From Myxococcota bacterium (GTDB lineage: Bacteria; Myxococcota_A; Polyangia; Nannocystales; Nannocystaceae), in NCBI GenBank assembly GCA_039028615.1, contig JBCCHT010000044.1, positions 1-64,000 on the forward strand: DNA of 64,000 nt, written 5' to 3'. Numbering within the stretch: the stretch's first letter is position 1; every line of letters begins with the position of its first letter. Under the pieces are notes generated by a model. That model ran no database searches, had not been told where the DNA came from, and was given only the letters and a program-made list of their open reading frames with translations. Positions 30,807 through 40,995 of this stretch are shown here, one piece after another. A program made the position numbers and the translations under genes.

Positions 30807-31504
30807 GATTGCCCCACCGCCGCGATCACACCCTGGAACGAGCGCGAGCACCGAGCCGCGCCCTCGCCGTTGAGCACGTTGCAAAAACACCGTGCGCCGG
30901 GCTGAGGCTCGAAGATCGGCGGCACGATGCAGAAGTCGGCGCGGCGAGAGCAGAGCTTGTCGGTGTTGTCGCCGAGGCAGCACAGCAGGCCGGGCTCGCA
31001 GCTGCCATCGACGCACAGCTCGCCGAGCGGGCAGTCGCCGCAGCCCGCCCCGCACATGCCGGGCTCGCACCCGATGCACACCGCGTCGCCGCTGCAGGTC
31101 GAGTCTTCGTCGCAGGTGAAATCGGGGCCGCAGTCCAGGGCGCAGCCCGGCGGGACGCACTCGATGTCGTCGCACTGGGTGGGGCAGTCGGTGCACTCGA
31201 CGGCGGAGTTGCGCATCAGCGTGCCGTCGTCGCAAAAGCACGAGTCGCCGTTGCCATCCTGCGCGTTGCAGCTGCCGCACGCCTTGCCCCAGCCGCTGGT
31301 GTAAAAGGCCTGGCCCTCGGTATCGCACTCGCACTGGCCCGTGCGGGCGCGAATGATGCCGTTGCCGGGGCAGGGCCAGCGATCGGTGACGCGCGAGGTG
31401 TGGCAGTCGCAGCGGCTGGCGCTGAACATGAACACGAGCGCGGCCAAGACCCGCAGCAGCAGCGGGTGGCTCGAGGCGTGCGACGGCGGTGAACGATGAC
31501 GCAC
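30797..31504 (-). CDS. Cys-rich exported protein / lipoprotein
   Basis: Hydrophobic signal followed by dense CxxC and CxC repeats. GTG 31504 follows TATCCT. Confidence 0.7.
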   Translation of the reverse strand: MRHRSPPSHASSHPLLLRVLAALVFMFSASRCDCHTSRVTDRWPCPGNGIIRARTGQCECDTEGQAFYTSGWGKACGSCNAQDGNGDSCFCDDGTLMRNSAVECTDCPTQCDDIECVPPGCALDCGPDFTCDEDSTCSGDAVCIGCEPGMCGAGCGDCPLGELCVDGSCEPGLLCCLGDNTDKLCSRRADFCIVPPIFEPQPGARCFCNVLNGEGAARCSRSFQGVIAAVGQSCG

Positions 31505-31651
31505 GACAGCGTCAGGATATCGCGAAGCTGCGGCCGCCGGCGCCCGGCCGCGGCACAAATCCCGCCGGCCGGTACGCTCGCTCGGCTTCGCTCCCACGAC
31601 CCGAACCCAGTGCAAAGTCGCCGCCGGGCGGGTCGCAGACCGCGGCCGGCC

Positions 31652-33007
31652 TCAGCCTTTTTTCTTGTCGAGCACCCGGTGCAGCGCCTCGACGACCTGT
31701 TGCGGGTCGTGGCCGAGCTCGACCGGAGTGTTGGCGTGGGGGCTGTCGAACTCGAGCTGCGTCTGGTGGTAGCGGCTCTTGAACTCGGTGAACTTGAGCC
31801 CGTGCGCGGTGGAGATGACGATCACCCGCTCGTCCGCGCGAATCGTGCCGGCCTTGGAGAGCTTCTCGAGGCAGGCCAACGCCACGCCGGTGTGCGGGCA
31901 GTTGAACATGCCCGTGCGGTCGGCCTTGGCGGCCGCGTTGGCGAGCTCCGCTTCGTCGGCTTGCTCGACGATGCCGTTGAACTTGCCCAGCGCGGCCACG
32001 GCCTTGGGCAAGCTGACCGGGTTGCCGATCTGGATGGCGGAGGCGAGGGTGCGCTCGGCTTGCACGGGCTCGAAGTCCTCGATGGCGAGCGGGCGTCCGG
32101 CTTCCTTGGCGCGCAAGTAGGCGCGATAAAGCGGGTTGGCTTGCTTGGCCTGGCAGCACACCAGCCGCGGACGCTTGGCGATGAGCCCCATGTCGAGCAT
32201 CTGCTCGAAACCCTTGGCCAGGGCGCTCACGTTGCCCAGGTTGCCCCCGGGTACCAGCACCCAGTCGGGGACCTCCCAGTCGAACTGCTGCACCATCTCG
32301 ATGGAGATGGTCTTTTGCCCCTCGACGCGCAGGCTGTTCATCGAGTTGGCGAGGTAGATCGTTGAGTCCTCGGTGAGGCGCTGCACGACCTTCATGCAGC
32401 CGTCGAAGTCGGTGTCGAGGCTGGCCACGATCGCCCCGTTGGCGATGGGCTGGACGAGCTGGGCGGCGCTCACCTTGGCGCGGGGCAGCAGCACGATCAC
32501 GGGAATCCCCGCCGCGGCTCCGTAGGCGGCGAGGGCGGCCGAGGTGTCACCGGTAGAGGCACAGGCGACGGCGCGGATCGGCTTGCCCTCGGCGATCATC
32601 TGCTTGACGCTGCTGACCAGCACGGTCATGCCGAGGTCCTTGAACGAGCCGGTGTGGCTGGTGCCGCACTGCTTGATCCACAGGTCGGGGACGCCGATCT
32701 GCTTGCCGTAGCGCTCGGCCCAAAACAGGTTGGTGCCGCCCTCGAACAACGACACGATGTTCTCGTCGGCGATGTGCGGCTGGACCCACTCCTTTTTGCC
32801 CCACACGCCGCTGCCGTAGGGCCACTGCGTTCGGAGGTAGCGCTCTTCGAATAGGCGCATCCAGGCGGTGGGGGAGCGCGAGCGGAGCGCCTCGTGATCG
32901 TGCTGGACCTCGAGCAAGGCACCGGTGGGAGCGCGGTAGACGACCTCGCTCAGCGGCCAGCGGCCGGGGGAGCCATCGACGGGCGAAAACCAGGCGCGGT
33001 ACTTCAT
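31652..33007 (-). CDS. thrC: Threonine synthase (plant-type subfamily)
   Basis: [51 protein letters not shown] and STAHGLKF. Confidence 0.95.
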   Translation of the reverse strand: MKYRAWFSPVDGSPGRWPLSEVVYRAPTGALLEVQHDHEALRSRSPTAWMRLFEERYLRTQWPYGSGVWGKKEWVQPHIADENIVSLFEGGTNLFWAERYGKQIGVPDLWIKQCGTSHTGSFKDLGMTVLVSSVKQMIAEGKPIRAVACASTGDTSAALAAYGAAAGIPVIVLLPRAKVSAAQLVQPIANGAIVASLDTDFDGCMKVVQRLTEDSTIYLANSMNSLRVEGQKTISIEMVQQFDWEVPDWVLVPGGNLGNVSALAKGFEQMLDMGLIAKRPRLVCCQAKQANPLYRAYLRAKEAGRPLAIEDFEPVQAERTLASAIQIGNPVSLPKAVAALGKFNGIVEQADEAELANAAAKADRTGMFNCPHTGVALACLEKLSKAGTIRADERVIVISTAHGLKFTEFKSRYHQTQLEFDSPHANTPVELGHDPQQVVEALHRVLDKKKG

Positions 33008-33055
33008 CGGCCGCATGCTACACGGCCGGCGACTTTCGTCTCTATACTGCGCGGC

Positions 33056-35410
33056 GTGTCCGGTCGCTCCGCCGTGCGTCGCCACCTGACCGACCCGCGC
33101 CTGCGCCGACGCTGGCTCACCGGGCTGGTCGTGACCCCCATGACCTTGCTGCCCCTGGTGGGTACGCTGGGCTACTTTAGTGGCTTCCTGCTTTCGCCGC
33201 TGGCGGCCGCGTTGGGGCTATGCGTCGGCGTCGACGGGGTCCGGGCGTGGCGGCAGCGGGAGTCCCCGGGGGACTCGCCCGTGCGCTCGCTGGTCGCCGC
33301 CGGGGCGATCGAGCTCGGGTGGCTGGTGGCCATCGCGGTCGGGATTTTGTTGCTTGCGCAGCTATGGCAGCGCAATTGCGACCCTTGGGGCGGGCTCGCG
33401 TTCTTCGCCATGGGGCCGTTGCTTTCCGCGGTCATGGGCTGGGTCGCGGGACTGTTCGGCGGGTCGCTGGGGCAGCGGCGATGGGCGCAGATCCTGCTCG
33501 GCGGACTGATTCCTGCCGCATCGACCGGCATCGGTTTGTGGCGGTTGTGGGCCGACCCGGTGGTGTTCGCATTCGACCCGTTCTGGGGGTACTTCTCGGG
33601 CGCGATCTACGACGAGGCGGTCGCGATCGGCTCCACGTACCTGACCTTCCGCGCCTACAACGTGCTCGCCGCGGCGGCGGGGCTGGGGCTGTGGCGCGTG
33701 CTCGCCGACCCGGCGACGCTGCGCCTGCGCAACCCAGGTTCGTGGAAGACCACGCTGCCCGCCGCCACCCCGGTGGTGATCGCCGGCGGACTCGCGATGT
33801 GGATCGGCATGCGCGGGGCGGCCATGGGCTTCACCGCGAACATCGAGAGCATCACCCAGGTGCTGTCGGGCGTTCGCGAGACCGAGCACTTCATCATCCA
33901 CTACAACCCGCGCTCTCATACCGCGCGACGAATCGACATGGTGGCCGCCGACCACGAGCTGGCCTGGCACCAGCTCGAAGAGGCAATGGGGCGGGCGCCC
34001 GAGGGCAAGGTCCGCAGCTTCGTGTTCGCCAACCCCAACCAAAAGCGGGCGCTGATGGGGGCGGGCACGGTGCAGGTGGCGGCGCCGTGGCGGCAGCAGA
34101 TCTACCTGGACAATCGCGGGTGGCCGCACCCGGTGCTGCCCCACGAGCTCGCGCACATCTTCGGGAACACGATCGGTGACTCGGTGTTCGGCGTGAGCCT
34201 CGATGGCGTGGTGCCCAACGTCGCGCTCATCGAAGGCTTCGCCACCGCGATGGCTCCCCGTGCCGCAGACCGGCTCGACCTGCACGATCAGGCGACGGTG
34301 CTCGAGCGGCTCGGCAAGCGGCCGCCCATGGCCGCGATCATGGGGCCGGCGTTTTTTACCCGCTCGTCTCGGGTCGCCTACACCACGGCGGGGTCGTTCT
34401 CCCGCTGGCTCATCGACACGCGGGGCTTCGAGCCGATGGCGACGCTCTACTACAACGGCGGTGACTTCCAGGCGGCCTACGGCGAGAGCCTGGGGGCGCT
34501 GGAAGAGCGGTGGCTGGCGTTCATCAACGAGCGCGAGGGGGTCACCGACGACGACGTGCAGGCGCAGGCCCAGCGCTATCGTCGGAGCTCGGTGTTTCAG
34601 CGGCCCTGTGCTCACCGGGCGGCGACGCTGCTGCAGAAGGTCGGCCGCGACCAGTCTCGGGGGCGCTTCGACGAGGCGATCGAAGGCTACCGCACGCTGT
34701 GCTCGCTGGAGCCGGAGCGACCCGAGCACAAGCTGGGGCTCTCGCAGGCGCTGGCCATCGCGCAGCAGTTCGAGGAAGCGCTGTCCTCCCTCGACGAGGC
34801 GATGGCGGTCGAAGACCTCACCGTGACGCTGCGGGCACGGGTGCTCGAGCAGCGGGCCGACGTGGCCCTGGCGGCGGGTGAACTCGAGGTGGCCGCCGCG
34901 TCGCTCGACGAAGCCATGCTGCTGCCCGTCTCGACCGGACAGCGTCGGGGGTTGCGACTCAAGCTGGCCGCGGCGGCCGACCCCGACCTGGCGCCGCTCA
35001 TCGTCGAGTACTACTTGATGTTCGACACGCAGGCCGACTCTGCCACGGGCGCGGTGCGACGGCTCTACGCGGCGCAGCAGATTCGCGAGCGACCGGGCTA
35101 CGAGGCGCTGGGGAGCTACTTGCTGGGCTTGCAGCTGCTCAACGCCGAGCGACCCGCCGCGGCGCGACCCTTGCTCGAAGACGCGGTGGCCCAGGCCAAT
35201 ACGGGCAAGGGGCTGCCGGGGCCCGAGTTCCTCCGCAACGCGCGGCTCAAGCTGACCAACGTCTGTACGCAGACGGGGCGCTTCGATCAGGCCGATGCGC
35301 TGCTCGACGTGCTCGAGGCCGAGCCGGGCATCGGCAACGGGCATCGGCTGATCTACGGACAGTGGCGGGCGCGGGTGGCCTTCTTCCGCGAGTACCTGGG
35401 GCGGGAGTAG
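33056..35410 (+). CDS. Multi-TM membrane protein with HExxH peptidase-like domain and TPRs
   Basis: About 7 N-terminal TMs, [14 protein letters not shown]...EGFA and a TPR-like C-terminus. GTG lies 7 nt after TATACT. Confidence 0.82.
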   Translation: MSGRSAVRRHLTDPRLRRRWLTGLVVTPMTLLPLVGTLGYFSGFLLSPLAAALGLCVGVDGVRAWRQRESPGDSPVRSLVAAGAIELGWLVAIAVGILLLAQLWQRNCDPWGGLAFFAMGPLLSAVMGWVAGLFGGSLGQRRWAQILLGGLIPAASTGIGLWRLWADPVVFAFDPFWGYFSGAIYDEAVAIGSTYLTFRAYNVLAAAAGLGLWRVLADPATLRLRNPGSWKTTLPAATPVVIAGGLAMWIGMRGAAMGFTANIESITQVLSGVRETEHFIIHYNPRSHTARRIDMVAADHELAWHQLEEAMGRAPEGKVRSFVFANPNQKRALMGAGTVQVAAPWRQQIYLDNRGWPHPVLPHELAHIFGNTIGDSVFGVSLDGVVPNVALIEGFATAMAPRAADRLDLHDQATVLERLGKRPPMAAIMGPAFFTRSSRVAYTTAGSFSRWLIDTRGFEPMATLYYNGGDFQAAYGESLGALEERWLAFINEREGVTDDDVQAQAQRYRRSSVFQRPCAHRAATLLQKVGRDQSRGRFDEAIEGYRTLCSLEPERPEHKLGLSQALAIAQQFEEALSSLDEAMAVEDLTVTLRARVLEQRADVALAAGELEVAAASLDEAMLLPVSTGQRRGLRLKLAAAADPDLAPLIVEYYLMFDTQADSATGAVRRLYAAQQIRERPGYEALGSYLLGLQLLNAERPAAARPLLEDAVAQANTGKGLPGPEFLRNARLKLTNVCTQTGRFDQADALLDVLEAEPGIGNGHRLIYGQWRARVAFFREYLGRE

Positions 35411-35416
35411 ACGCGG

Positions 35417-35995
35417 ATGTCGGATGAAGACAGGCAGCGGTGGAACGCTCGGTATCGACAGGGGCGCCATGCCGGGGAGGAGCCCTGGGACGCGCTCGTG
35501 CAGCTGGCCGAGCACCTGCCCGCCGAGGGGCGCGTGCTCGATGTCGCGGGCGGAGCGGGGCGCCACGCGGTGTGGATGGCCCAGCGCGGGCTCGACGTGA
35601 CGCTCGCCGACATCTCCGAGGCGGGGTTGGCCTTGGCGGTGGCGGCCGCGACCGTGCGCGGGGTCGAGGTCCGGGTGTGTACCGTGGACCTCGAGCAGGA
35701 CCCGCTGCCGCCCGGGCCGTGGGCGGCGGTGGTGTGCTGTGCGTATCTCCAGCGGGATCTGGTGCCCAGCATCGCGGCCGCGCTGGCTCCCGGCGGGCGC
35801 TTTTTGTGGGTGCATCCCACGGTCACCAACCTCGAGCGCCATGCCAAGCCCAGCGCGCGGTTCCTGCTCGAGCGCGGCGAGGCGAGCGGCGTCGTGGAGG
35901 CGGCCGGGCTGCGCGTGCTGATGGCCGAGGAGACTTGGGTCGGCGACGCGGACTCGGCCCGGCATGTGTCGCGGGTCGTGGCCGAGCGCGCCTGA
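35417..35995 (+). CDS. Class I SAM-dependent methyltransferase (TehB-like)
   Basis: RWNARY, VLDVAGGAGRHA, DIS, YLQR and LAPGG. Confidence 0.9.
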   Translation: MSDEDRQRWNARYRQGRHAGEEPWDALVQLAEHLPAEGRVLDVAGGAGRHAVWMAQRGLDVTLADISEAGLALAVAAATVRGVEVRVCTVDLEQDPLPPGPWAAVVCCAYLQRDLVPSIAAALAPGGRFLWVHPTVTNLERHAKPSARFLLERGEASGVVEAAGLRVLMAEETWVGDADSARHVSRVVAERA

Positions 35996-36010
35996 GCCGG
36001 GGCCCGGCCC

Positions 36011-36325
36011 TCAGCGGCGCAGGTAGAAGAAGTTGCGCAGGCGCTGCTGCAAGTGCGAAGGGACCTGCGACGAGAAGCGCAGGACCACCCGGTCGCCCTC
36101 GGGCACGCCGCGGATCTGGGCGCCGCGAGGCATCTGCAGCCCGGCGACGAACTCGGCCACGTCGTTGTGGGCGTAGCCGGGCACGCTGCCCTTGATGGTG
36201 ACCCCGGACTCGCCGTCGGAACGCACGGTGATGACGTAGCGGGCCCCGTCGAGCCCACCGCGGGCGACGACGAACGCCAGCGCAGCCAGGCCGCCGACGA
36301 CGGCGATGATCAGGGACGGACCCAT
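36011..36325 (-). CDS. DUF3634-like small membrane protein
   Basis: N-terminal TM and KGSVP...LRFSSQVPSHLQQRLRN. Confidence 0.75.
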   Translation of the reverse strand: MGPSLIIAVVGGLAALAFVVARGGLDGARYVITVRSDGESGVTIKGSVPGYAHNDVAEFVAGLQMPRGAQIRGVPEGDRVVLRFSSQVPSHLQQRLRNFFYLRR

Positions 36326-36473
36326 GGGACAAGGCTTGGATCGCCGGCCCTCGATTGCAAGCGCATCGGCGCGAAAATGGCAGGGCGAGCGGGTGCGCTG
36401 GCTTCCATGGCGGTCTCGTGGATTGTGCGCGGGAGCCTGGCCGGACGATGCCCGAGCACTGAGCCCGCCGCGT

Positions 36474-38363
36474 TCATCCGCGGATTCGGCTACGGATGAC
36501 GCCGACCTCGAAGGGCTCGGAGCCGGCGCGTTCGATCTTCAGCATGACCTCGGTGCCCTCGCGGCCGCGCAGCGCCTGAACGGCCTCGCCGAAGCCGAGC
36601 AGCTCGACGACGGCCACGCCATCGATGCGAACGATGCGGTCGTCGGCCTTCAGCCCCGCCGTGGCCGCGCCGCCCGACTCGACCAATCCCACGATCGCGA
36701 GGACATCGCCGTCGACCCGCACCATGACGCCGATGCCCACGATGTCGAAGGCTTGGCCGCCCGCCGCGTCGGTGGTGCTCAGGTCGATGTCGATGGGCCC
36801 CAGGGTCTGGCCAGCTTCGACCTCGAGCCCGGACAGGGAGCGCGGGGCGTAGCCGAGCGCAGACACGTGGACCGAGTGCCGGCCGGGCTCGACCCCTCGG
36901 ATGGTGAACGCGCCTCGATCGTCGGTGACCGCACTCGAGCGAAGCGGAGCCACCGAGGGCCCGGCGGCGAGGCCCCGCTCGACTTCCACCCGCGCCGATG
37001 CGATGGGGCCCGAGCCGCTCGCGTCGCGCACGACCCCTTGGATCTGGCCACCCGCGGGCAGCACCAGCTCGAGCTCGACCGTGCCCGAGCCGAGCTCGAC
37101 CCCGCGCGCCCAGGCCATCGAGTGGTCCGCCGCACCGCCAGCGACGTCGTAGGTGCCGGGCGGCAGCCCGTCGAGCCTGAACTCGCCATCGGCATCGAAG
37201 ATGGTGGTCTGGCCCTGCGGCGTGCGGAGCAAGGGGCCCACGTGGCGCAGCGCGGCCACGGTGGCCCCGGGCACGACCTCGCCGTCCTCGGTGCGCAGCG
37301 TGCCCGTGATCGTCCCGCCCCCGGCGAGCTGCAGCACGAGCCCGTGACTGTCGGTCGCGATGTTCGAGGCCCAGACCGGAGCGTAGGGCGAAAGCCGGGC
37401 CTCGACGCGGTACTTGCCCGGGGGCAAGTCGAACAGCTCGAAGCTGCCGTCCGCTTCGCTGACTGCCTCGGCTCCCGGACCCCCGTCGCTGGACTGCGCC
37501 AGGACCTTGGCGCCTTCGGCCGGCTTGCCGCCGGGATCGAGCACGCGCCCCGTGATGCGCTCGGTGGCCCCCGTGTCCCGGGGATTCAAGGTGATGACCA
37601 GCGTGCCGCTGACCAGAGCTCGTTCGTCGATCTGGGCCCGGCCCACGCCCAGCGTCTCGTGGCGCGCCTCGAGCCACGCGCCCAGCTGCGCCGCGAGATG
37701 GAAGCGACCGGCGCTGTCGCTTCGGTACTCGCGGTCGTCGGGGGCCAGGGCCGTCTCGCCGGTTCCGACTCCGAGCCAACGCAGCTGCGCCCCGGGGGCG
37801 GGACGACCCTCGGCATCGTGCACCTCGCCGTCGATCTCGACCTCCGGCATCAGCACGATGGTGGCTCCCTCGACGCGCTGCCCTTCGCGAGAGACGTAGC
37901 GCAGCGGCGCCTGACCCAGCATTGGGGCGTAGGGGCGATAGCCGTCGGCGAGCACGGACAGCAGCGTGTAGGGGCCGGGCCGCTCGACCTCGAGGGTGAA
38001 GCTGCCGTCTTCACCGGTCAGTGCGGTGACGACTTGGTGCTCGCCTTGAAAGGTCAGCTCGGCCTCGGGCACGGGCGCATCGTCCAGCCAGCTGCGCACC
38101 TCGCCCACCAACGCCCCCGCCGCGAGCTCCCGGCTCGGGTGGGCGGAGGCCCGGGGCGCATCGATGGGGCCGAGGCGGCGAGGGGGAGGCGGACGCGACG
38201 GACGTCGGGACCGTGGCCCGTCTGCTTGCTCGGCGGCGGTCACTGGCTCGGCCGCGGCCGGATCGCTCGACGGGCGATGACTCAGCCACCACCCGAGGGC
38301 CAGCGCAGCCACCACGGCGACGAGAGCCAGGCCGATCCACCGCGGCGTCGAATCCGAGGACAT
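36474..38363 (-). CDS. Carboxypeptidase-regulatory-like (Cna-B) repeat protein with C-terminal PDZ
   Basis: TM anchor and repeated GxVxDxxGxPxxGA...DGxF..L.PG.Y units. PDZ motifs GIGV, AGLKADDRI and RGREGTEV. Confidence 0.88.
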   Translation of the reverse strand: MSSDSTPRWIGLALVAVVAALALGWWLSHRPSSDPAAAEPVTAAEQADGPRSRRPSRPPPPRRLGPIDAPRASAHPSRELAAGALVGEVRSWLDDAPVPEAELTFQGEHQVVTALTGEDGSFTLEVERPGPYTLLSVLADGYRPYAPMLGQAPLRYVSREGQRVEGATIVLMPEVEIDGEVHDAEGRPAPGAQLRWLGVGTGETALAPDDREYRSDSAGRFHLAAQLGAWLEARHETLGVGRAQIDERALVSGTLVITLNPRDTGATERITGRVLDPGGKPAEGAKVLAQSSDGGPGAEAVSEADGSFELFDLPPGKYRVEARLSPYAPVWASNIATDSHGLVLQLAGGGTITGTLRTEDGEVVPGATVAALRHVGPLLRTPQGQTTIFDADGEFRLDGLPPGTYDVAGGAADHSMAWARGVELGSGTVELELVLPAGGQIQGVVRDASGSGPIASARVEVERGLAAGPSVAPLRSSAVTDDRGAFTIRGVEPGRHSVHVSALGYAPRSLSGLEVEAGQTLGPIDIDLSTTDAAGGQAFDIVGIGVMVRVDGDVLAIVGLVESGGAATAGLKADDRIVRIDGVAVVELLGFGEAVQALRGREGTEVMLKIERAGSEPFEVGVIRSRIRG

Positions 38364-38464
38364 GCCATGGTGTAGATGGGATCGAGGCCGGATGCACGCT
38401 CGGACCCCGCGCTTCGACCTGATTGGCGATGTCTGGCACCATGCGCGCACGCCTGGTCGTCGCC

Positions 38465-39334
38465 ATGAACGCCAAACGCAATGACAACCGAACGAATCGC
38501 GCCGGGGGCGGAGCGCCGCCGGCCGAGGCGGGTCCCGTGGTCGACTCTCTGCAGCACCCGCTCGCCATCGAGATCCGTGCGCTGCTGCACCGCTCGGGGC
38601 GGGCCGAGACCCAGCGGATGCTCATCGACGACGAGGAGAACATCCTCGAGGCGATCGAGGCGGGGATCGAGCTCGTGTCGGTGTTCCACGCGGGTGAAGG
38701 CGGGATGCCCGAGCGCGTGCAGGCGGCGCTGCCCGAGCGGGTGGGGGTGCACGAGGTTGCCCGCCGCACCGCCAAGAAGCTGTTCGGAGCCGAGAAGAGC
38801 TCGCGGCTGTTCGCGATCGCTCGCACTCCGCCGCCGCTCGAGCTGTCGGCGCTGGAGCGGTCGCCGCGAGACATCGTGGTGCTCGACGACGTCGGCATCA
38901 TGGGCAACATCGGGGCGATCATCCGCACCTCGCTCGCGTTGTTTGCGGGGGGTTTGGTGCTGCTGGATTTCGATCCGGTCGACATCTACGACCGTCGCTT
39001 GATCCGGGCCAGCCGCGGCTATGTGTTCTCGCTGCCCGTCGTCACCGCGACCACGGCCCAGTTCCTCGAGTACTGCCAAGGCCGCGAGATACCCCTGCTG
39101 GTCACGGCGATCGAGGCGTCGAGCTCGATCCCCGAGATCAGCGCTCGCACCGACCGCCTGGCGATCGCATTCGGTAGCGAAAAACGCGGGTGCTCGGCCG
39201 AGCTGACGGCGGGCGCCAACATTCAGGTCCGCATTCCGATGGACCCGCGGGTCGAGTCGCTCAACGTCTCGGCGACGGCCGGCATCATGTTGCACAGCCG
39301 GCTCGGCTTCAATCGCGGCGAAGCCCCCGGCTGA
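38465..39334 (+). CDS. tsnR: SPOUT (TrmH-family) rRNA methyltransferase of the TsnR/NshR type (23S A1067 2'-O)
   Basis: VVLD...GNIGAIIRTSLAL, DRRLIRASRGYVFSLPVV, DRLAIAFGSEK and IPM...ESLNVS closely follow the Streptomyces Tsr/NHR motifs as I recall them. Start uncertain. Confidence 0.8.
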   Translation: MNAKRNDNRTNRAGGGAPPAEAGPVVDSLQHPLAIEIRALLHRSGRAETQRMLIDDEENILEAIEAGIELVSVFHAGEGGMPERVQAALPERVGVHEVARRTAKKLFGAEKSSRLFAIARTPPPLELSALERSPRDIVVLDDVGIMGNIGAIIRTSLALFAGGLVLLDFDPVDIYDRRLIRASRGYVFSLPVVTATTAQFLEYCQGREIPLLVTAIEASSSIPEISARTDRLAIAFGSEKRGCSAELTAGANIQVRIPMDPRVESLNVSATAGIMLHSRLGFNRGEAPG

Positions 39335-39495
39335 CGCCCGCCGATCGATTTCCCGCCCGATGCGGGCCTCGCTACGCGCCTTGGCGCCCGAAAGGTTGGT
39401 GAAACGCAGATTTCGCCGACCTTTCAGTAATTGAATTCGCGACGGGTCTGACCTCCAGAGCACGCAACGCGCTTCTCGGATTCGAGGACCCCATC

Positions 39496-40935
39496 ATGAA
39501 CACCCAGCTCATCGTATCGATCCTGCCCCGCCTGTGCTTCGCCGCTTCCACCGTCGCGCCCGTCATCGCGGTCGCGGGTGATCTCGACGGCGACGACTTC
39601 GACGACATCCTGGTCGGCGCTCATCGCCTCGACCACAGCGGCCTCACCGATGTCGGGGCCGCGGCCATTGCTCGCGGGAGCCACGGGGGCCTCGTGGCCG
39701 ACCAGGTCATCCTGCCGCTGGCTCAGGGAGGGGAGCGAGCGGGTTTCTCCGTCGCCATCGGCGACTTCAACTGCGACGGCATGGACGACCTGGCGATGGG
39801 ATCGCCGCTCGAGAACTTCGTCGTGCCCCAGGCCGGCATCGTCTACGTCTACACGAACCTCGGCGGGGGCCTCTTCCAGCCCAGCTGGATCACGGCGATG
39901 GACTTCGACCCGGCGAATACGGGCTCGGATCACTTCGGTCGAGCGCTCGCTGTGGCCGACTTCGACCAGGACTCCTGCGATGATCTCGCGATCGGGGCGC
40001 CCCGGGCCTACCACTCGACTGGCGTTCAGACGGGACTCGTCTACGTCGCGATGGGTGATGCGGCCGGTCCGCGGCCGACCCCACAGAACCCAGGGATGGT
40101 CGCCGAGCCGAAGTGGAATCTCGTGGCTCAGTTCGACGACGCGCGCTTCGGCTTCTCGCTGTCGGTGGGGGACATCTACGACGAGGGGACGCCCGACCTG
40201 ATCATCGGTGCGCCCACACGGGTCATCGACGGGGTGAAGGTCGGCAGTGCGGCGGCGTTCAGCATCCAAAATGGTGAGTTCGCCATGTCATGGGGAACGC
40301 TCTCGCCGTGCGCCTCTGGCGTTTGCGCGGCGGAGAACGAGGGCCGTTGGTACGGCTGGTCGACCGCGACGGGTGACTTCGATGGCGACGGGAGCACGGA
40401 CATCGCCGTCGGTGCGCCGGGCTATCAGAACGACCACGATGGCCGCGTCTATCTCCACCATCACGGGCAGACCGTCGGCCACATCGACAGCATCGACCCG
40501 ACCTCCGAGACTGCTCGCTTCGGCTACGCCATGGCTGCGGGTGACCTCGACGAGGATGGCTTCGACGAGCTGGTGGTCGGTGCTCCACAGGCGACGCTGT
40601 CGGGGGGACCGGATCGTTCGGGTGCGGTGTTCGTGTTCGCGGGGCACTCCGCGGGCCTGGTCCCGCCCGTGGAGGCGCTCACCCCGATGCAGACGGGGAA
40701 CTACGCCAACTCGCAGAAGTTCGGTGCTGCCGTGTCGCTGGGCTATTACACCGACACCGATCTGGACCTCGCGGTCGGAGCGAAGCGAGCCAAGGACTCG
40801 GGCATCCGCAGCGGCGGCGTCTTCCTCTACACCAACGACGGCGGCCAGCTGCACCACCATGCACCGCTGGGGTTGTCGGATTTCAGCTGGGCGCCCGAAG
40901 CGGGGGCACTGTTCGGCTCCGCGCTGTCACAGTAG
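39496..40935 (+). CDS. FG-GAP / integrin-alpha beta-propeller protein
   Basis: About 7 repeats of FG....GDxDGDGxxDLxxGAP. Confidence 0.9.
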   Translation: MNTQLIVSILPRLCFAASTVAPVIAVAGDLDGDDFDDILVGAHRLDHSGLTDVGAAAIARGSHGGLVADQVILPLAQGGERAGFSVAIGDFNCDGMDDLAMGSPLENFVVPQAGIVYVYTNLGGGLFQPSWITAMDFDPANTGSDHFGRALAVADFDQDSCDDLAIGAPRAYHSTGVQTGLVYVAMGDAAGPRPTPQNPGMVAEPKWNLVAQFDDARFGFSLSVGDIYDEGTPDLIIGAPTRVIDGVKVGSAAAFSIQNGEFAMSWGTLSPCASGVCAAENEGRWYGWSTATGDFDGDGSTDIAVGAPGYQNDHDGRVYLHHHGQTVGHIDSIDPTSETARFGYAMAAGDLDEDGFDELVVGAPQATLSGGPDRSGAVFVFAGHSAGLVPPVEALTPMQTGNYANSQKFGAAVSLGYYTDTDLDLAVGAKRAKDSGIRSGGVFLYTNDGGQLHHHAPLGLSDFSWAPEAGALFGSALSQ

Positions 40936-40953
40936 CCGAGAGGGCGGTCGGGT

Positions 40954-40994
40954 GCGGGTCGGTCGGGCACTTCGCTCGACCGGCCCGCTTTTTT
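40954..40994 (+). terminator. Rho-independent terminator
   Basis: gcgggtcggtcgggc-acttc-gctcgaccggcccgc followed by TTTTTT, between convergent genes. Confidence 0.85.
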
Positions 40995-40995
40995 G

